NCBI GenBank assembly: GCA_039801225.1
Contig: JBDRUH010000027.1
Coordinates: 1 to 17,985, forward strand
Source: a candidate division WOR-3 bacterium
GTDB taxonomy: Bacteria; Hydrothermota; Tepidihabitantia; Tepidihabitantales; Tepidihabitantaceae
DNA: 17,985 bases
Reading direction: 5' to 3'
Part shown: piece by piece, positions 14,447 through 17,985 of the stretch
How positions within the stretch are numbered: the first letter of the stretch is position 1
Layout: each line of letters begins with the position of its first letter
Position numbers and translations under genes: made by a program
Notes under the pieces: model-generated
Database searches by the model: none
What the model was told of the DNA's origin: nothing
Seen by the model: the letters and a program-made list of their open reading frames with translations, nothing else

Positions 14447-15094
14447 ATGAGAATTGGCTGGTTAGCGGTCCAAAATCTAAAATCTAAAATTTTTGGATTC
14501 TGGGTTTTGGGTTTTTGCTTATGGCTTATGGCTTATGGCTTTTGTCCTTCGGCGGAAGCGGACTCTGCCCAGTCGGTCGCGGTATTTTTGCCCCAGACTT
14601 TTTTCCGGGACGACGAGTTTCAGACAGTAACAATGGCGCTGGAAAAAGCCGGTTTTAATGTTGTTGTAACAGCGGCGGAAACAACTGTAGTAAAGGGGAT
14701 TGATGGTCTTCTGGTTAGACCCCAGCGACTGTTAAGAGATATTTCACCGCAGGGGTTTGTCGGACTGGTGCTCATCAATGGCCCTGGTGCCGCGGTTTAC
14801 TGGGATGATAAGGAGTTGCATAAAATCTGTCAAGAGTTTGTCTCGGCGGAAAGGGTGGTGGCGGCAATTGGCACTTCGCCAATTATCCTGGCAAAAGCGG
14901 GTGTCCTTTCCGGGAAAAAGGCAACCGCCTTTCCTGACCGCCGCACCATTACCATCCTTAAGGAAAACGGCTGCCAATATCGTTTCGGTCCAGTAGTCCG
15001 CGATGGGAACATCCTTACTGCCAACAGGTCAGAGAACTGCTTTGCCTTTGTTAGGGCGTTAATAAAGATGCTTACCGCCCGATTGCCAGGCTAA
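14447..15094 (+). CDS. DJ-1/PfpI-family protein with N-terminal signal peptide; nucleophile Cys replaced by Gly
   Basis: [35 protein letters not shown] and [10 protein letters not shown] motifs; AEA|D signal-peptidase-like site. Confidence 0.85.
   Translation: MRIGWLAVQNLKSKIFGFWVLGFCLWLMAYGFCPSAEADSAQSVAVFLPQTFFRDDEFQTVTMALEKAGFNVVVTAAETTVVKGIDGLLVRPQRLLRDISPQGFVGLVLINGPGAAVYWDDKELHKICQEFVSAERVVAAIGTSPIILAKAGVLSGKKATAFPDRRTITILKENGCQYRFGPVVRDGNILTANRSENCFAFVRALIKMLTARLPG
14470..14546. repeat. Inverted heptamer array encoding the DJ-1 signal peptide
   Basis: CCAAAAT CTAAAAT CTAAAAT (14470-14490), then TTTTGGA TTCTGGG TTTTGGG TTTTTGC (TTATGGC)x3 TTTTGTC (14491-14546). Confidence 0.92.
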
Positions 15095-15101
15095 GAAAGG
15101 G

Positions 15102-15563
15102 ATGAGGGCGCTAATCCAGCGGGTGACAGAGGCACAGGTGACGGTAGTGGGTGAGACTGTGGGCGAAATCGGACCCGGTTTAGTAATTTTCCTCGGGTTG
15201 GGAAAGAAGGATAATGAGGAGACCTGCCGGCAGATGGCATCAAAGATTGCCCGGTTGCGTATCTGGGAAGACGAGGCGGGTAAGATGAACCGGTCACTGT
15301 TAGATACTGGTGGTTCAGCGTTGGTCGTGTCTCAATTTACCCTGTACGCCGATACCGAGCATGGCAATAGACCTTCATTCTCCAACGCCTGTGAGCCGGA
15401 GCGTGCCCGGGAACTTTATGAGCGATTTGTTGAGGAGTTGCGGTATCTTGGCATACGGGTTCAAACCGGTAAATTTGGCGCCCGGATGATGGTGAAACTG
15501 GTTAACTCTGGTCCGGTGACAATAATGCTTTGTTCTGAAGGCAGGGAGGATAAGGAGAAATAG
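15102..15563 (+). CDS. dtd: D-aminoacyl-tRNA deacylase
   Basis: [30 protein letters not shown] and NSGPVT motifs. Confidence 0.96.
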   Translation: MRALIQRVTEAQVTVVGETVGEIGPGLVIFLGLGKKDNEETCRQMASKIARLRIWEDEAGKMNRSLLDTGGSALVVSQFTLYADTEHGNRPSFSNACEPERARELYERFVEELRYLGIRVQTGKFGARMMVKLVNSGPVTIMLCSEGREDKEK

Positions 15564-16438
15564 TGATTAGAAGTATGACCGGTGTTGGACGGGCAGAAGG
15601 AACGCTTAAGCCCTTTGGTGGTCCGATGCGGGTGGATATCCGTTCAGTCAATCATAAGTATTTTGAACTGTCCGCTAAACTGCCACCCCAGTTTACTGGT
15701 TGGGAAAGAGAAATATATGAAATGGTGCGGCGGGCGGTGCATCGGGGTTATATTCAGATACAAATTACCCTGGATGAGGTCCCATCCTCTCCGCAGATAA
15801 CCGTTGACCGAAAATTGGTCCGCGATTACCTCCGGTTGGCACAGGAACTGAAGGGGAAATATCACCTTGGGGGCGAGGTCAATATCAATACTCTCCTTAC
15901 TCTGCCCGGGGTAATAACCACCAAAAGGGAGGAGTTAAATCCTAACCAGTTGTGGCGCTCCGGTAAGAAGTTGATCGTTCAGGCGATTAAGGAACTGGTG
16001 AAGATGAAAGAGACCGAGGGGGTTAATTTGATGCGTGACCTGCGCCGAAGGATAAATAAAATCCGTCGGGCGGTTCGGGCTATTGAAGAAAGGGTGCCAA
16101 AACGTCTCGCGGAACGCCGAGAAAATCTTCTTGAGCAACTGGAAAACTTAAACGCACCGACCGCCCCGAAGCGAATCTTAGAGGAGGTGGCGTTTATCTC
16201 CGAACGGTTAGATATCCACGAAGAGTGTGTTCGGTTGAAGAGCCATTGCAGTATGTTTCTTTTGGCGCTACGCAGGTCGGCGCCGTCGGGTAAGAAACTT
16301 GACTTTATCGCTCAGGAGATGCTCCGGGAGACTGATACCCTTGCCGCCAAAGCCCGGGATGTGGTCATCTCCCGCCGGGCGATAGAGATCAAAGGTGAGA
16401 TAGAGAAATTGAAGGAGCAGGTGCGGAATGTGGAGTGA
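15563..16438 (+). CDS. yicC: YicC/YloC-family endoribonuclease
   Basis: MIRSMTG, IRSVNHKY, DIHEECVRLKSH, GKKLDFIAQEMLRE and EQVRNVE motifs; classic position upstream of gmk. Confidence 0.95.
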   Translation: MIRSMTGVGRAEGTLKPFGGPMRVDIRSVNHKYFELSAKLPPQFTGWEREIYEMVRRAVHRGYIQIQITLDEVPSSPQITVDRKLVRDYLRLAQELKGKYHLGGEVNINTLLTLPGVITTKREELNPNQLWRSGKKLIVQAIKELVKMKETEGVNLMRDLRRRINKIRRAVRAIEERVPKRLAERRENLLEQLENLNAPTAPKRILEEVAFISERLDIHEECVRLKSHCSMFLLALRRSAPSGKKLDFIAQEMLRETDTLAAKARDVVISRRAIEIKGEIEKLKEQVRNVE

Positions 16439-17039
16439 ACGGCACAAGCCCTTTATGGTCGTGCTTTCCTCTCCTTCGGGCGCTGGTAAAACAACAATCT
16501 GCCGGGAGGTGGTCAGGCAGGATAAAAAAATCTTTTACTCAGTTTCCGCCACCACCCGTGCCCCAAGGGAAGGGGAGAGGAAGGGGCGAAGTTATATCTT
16601 TCTCTCCGAAGAGGAGTTCCTGGACAGGGCGGGGAGGGGTGAGTTCTTAGAGTTTGCTCGGGTGTATGGTCATCTTTACGGCACGCCGAAAAGTCCGGTA
16701 TTTGAGGCATTCCGAGAAGGTAAGGATGTCCTGGCTGACCTGGATATTCAAGGGATGCGGGTCGTAAAAAGGGTCCTGCCCGGGACGGTGAGCATTTTCA
16801 TCCTGCCGCCGAATGTTTTGGAGTTGAATCGCCGAATTGCCCGGCGGCGGAGCGAAGCGCCTGAAGAGATTAAGTGCCGGCGGCTGGCATTTAAAGAGGA
16901 GACCCGGGCAATTCCCGAGTTTGACTATCTGGTTATTAATGATAAACTTAATCAGGCGGTCCGGGATGTGCTGGCGATTATCAACGCGGAAAGGCACCGG
17001 ACGAGCCGGAAGATTAAATTTAAAGGAGGTTTAAAATGA
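16428..17039 (+). CDS. gmk: Guanylate kinase
   Basis: P-loop SPSGAGKT, SVSATTRAPR, YGHLYGTP, DIQG and FDYLVIND motifs. Confidence 0.97.
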   Translation: MWSERHKPFMVVLSSPSGAGKTTICREVVRQDKKIFYSVSATTRAPREGERKGRSYIFLSEEEFLDRAGRGEFLEFARVYGHLYGTPKSPVFEAFREGKDVLADLDIQGMRVVKRVLPGTVSIFILPPNVLELNRRIARRRSEAPEEIKCRRLAFKEETRAIPEFDYLVINDKLNQAVRDVLAIINAERHRTSRKIKFKGGLK

Positions 17040-17329
17040 AATCGGTGTCCATTGAAGAGATTTGGCGGCTATTTTCTAATAAATATTTGGCTTTAAATGT
17101 GGCGGCGCTGGAGGTGCGCCGGATTATTGATGCTCTCAGCCGGGACGAAATTCAACTGCCCACCAACCCTTTTGACTATGCCTTACATCGCCTTCTCCGT
17201 GGAGAACTGAAGTTCGCACCATTGAGTGAGAGTGAATATCAGGCGTTGGTTCAGAAGGGTCTGGTTGAATTTGCTGGTTCCGGGTCAAGTTCTCCGGGTC
17301 GGGAGCGCTCGGCTCAGGGTCGTTCTTAA
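17036..17329 (+). CDS. rpoZ: RNA polymerase omega subunit
   Basis: SIEE...NKYLALNVAALEVRRI...ALHRLLRGEL pattern; gmk-rpoZ-coaBC synteny; AGGAGG RBS. Confidence 0.82.
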   Translation: MKSVSIEEIWRLFSNKYLALNVAALEVRRIIDALSRDEIQLPTNPFDYALHRLLRGELKFAPLSESEYQALVQKGLVEFAGSGSSSPGRERSAQGRS

Positions 17330-17372
17330 CTGAGAAACTACCGCCTATCCGGGGAACGGCGTGGTGAAACCG

Positions 17373-17985
17373 ATGGGTGAAAAGCAAATTGAGGTTCTCC
17401 TGGGCGTAACCGGTAGCATCGCCGCCTATAAAGCACTGGAACTGGTCCGGCTGATTCGTGAAGCGGACTGGGGTGTTACGGTGGTGATGACCCGCTCGGC
17501 AACCCGATTGGTCGGCGTGGACTCTTTTCGCACCTTAACCGGCAGACCGGTAGCCCTGGAACTTTTTCTTAGGGAGCGCCCCCTGACGACGACGCTTCAG
17601 CATATTGACCTGGCTAGTGGCGCTGACCTGATTGTTGTCGCACCAGCAACCGCCAACATCATCGGTAAACTGGCTTCGGGCATAGGTGACGATTTGCTTT
17701 CCACCATCCTTCTGGCTGTCCCTCGGGAAAAGGTTCGCACCGGTCGGGTATGCTTCGCTCCGGCGATGAATACCAATATGTGGGAGAACCCGGTTGTTCA
17801 GGGGAATGTGGAAAAACTCAAGAGTCTTGGCTACCGGTTTATTCCCCCGGGCACCGGGAAACTCGCCTGCGGTGATACCGGCACGGGAAGAATGGCGTCG
17901 CCTGAGGAGATTTTTGCCTTTCTCAGGGCGACAATTCAGGGGTTGCCGGAGTTGAAAGGGGTATCGGTTCTAATCACAACCGGAA
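17373..17985 (+). CDS. coaBC: Bifunctional phosphopantothenoylcysteine decarboxylase/synthetase (partial, runs off window)
   Basis: Translated manually from ATG 17373 (in-frame GTG 17361 is an alternative): VLLGVTGSIAAYKA, HIDL, APATANIIGK, PAMNTNMW, LACGDTGTGRM, then LKGVSVLITTG. Confidence 0.95.
   Translation, partial: MGEKQIEVLLGVTGSIAAYKALELVRLIREADWGVTVVMTRSATRLVGVDSFRTLTGRPVALELFLRERPLTTTLQHIDLASGADLIVVAPATANIIGKLASGIGDDLLSTILLAVPREKVRTGRVCFAPAMNTNMWENPVVQGNVEKLKSLGYRFIPPGTGKLACGDTGTGRMASPEEIFAFLRATIQGLPELKGVSVLITTG

Noticed and set aside
1224..14546. CRISPR array interpretation of the repeats
   Set aside because: Units are 6-7 bp tandem copies without unique spacers, and no cas genes are present
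17270..17329. Ser/Gly-rich RpoZ tail with TCCGGGTC occurring twice
   Set aside because: No consistent 7-bp period; variable C-terminal tails are common in omega subunits
124..17387. Numerous 60-135 aa alternative-frame and antisense ORFs in the track
   Set aside because: All overlap well-supported longer genes and lack recognisable motifs; odd peptides such as KSQKPKAK or IRIPHFAFRI are just the heptamer arrays read in other frames

Overview
Bacterial chromosomal window. The secretion signatures suggest an FCB-group or related diderm lineage (a WOR-3-like organism is a guess, not verified). It has three blocks. (1) 146-10369 (+): a cell-surface cassette encoding a lipoprotein, a TonB-dependent receptor, a ~1000-aa protein with a T9SS/FlgD-type C-terminal domain, a PorV/PorQ-family barrel and a secreted clostripain (C11) protease. 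(2) 10414-14295 (-): a four-gene glycan operon (GT4, GT2, GNAT/FemAB-like protein, initiating sugar transferase). (3) 14447-end (+): a DJ-1/PfpI protein followed by the housekeeping run dtd-yicC-gmk-rpoZ-coaBC (coaBC truncated by the window edge). The most unusual signal is non-genic. At least a dozen short 7-bp (and some 6-bp) tandem arrays sit in frame at gene starts, stop codons and inter-domain linkers of the envelope genes, but I saw none in the housekeeping genes. Several are arranged as inverted A-rich/T-rich arms and one is nested in a GTAG-REP-like element. In two genes the inverted heptamer arms encode much of the signal peptide itself. Other observations: enrichment of D-(S/T)-hydrophobic O-glycosylation-like sequons in the secreted proteins, an EF-hand-like loop in the TonB receptor, a Cys-less DJ-1 protein with a signal peptide, twin leaderless-looking divergent promoters, and a possible switchable 5' leader.
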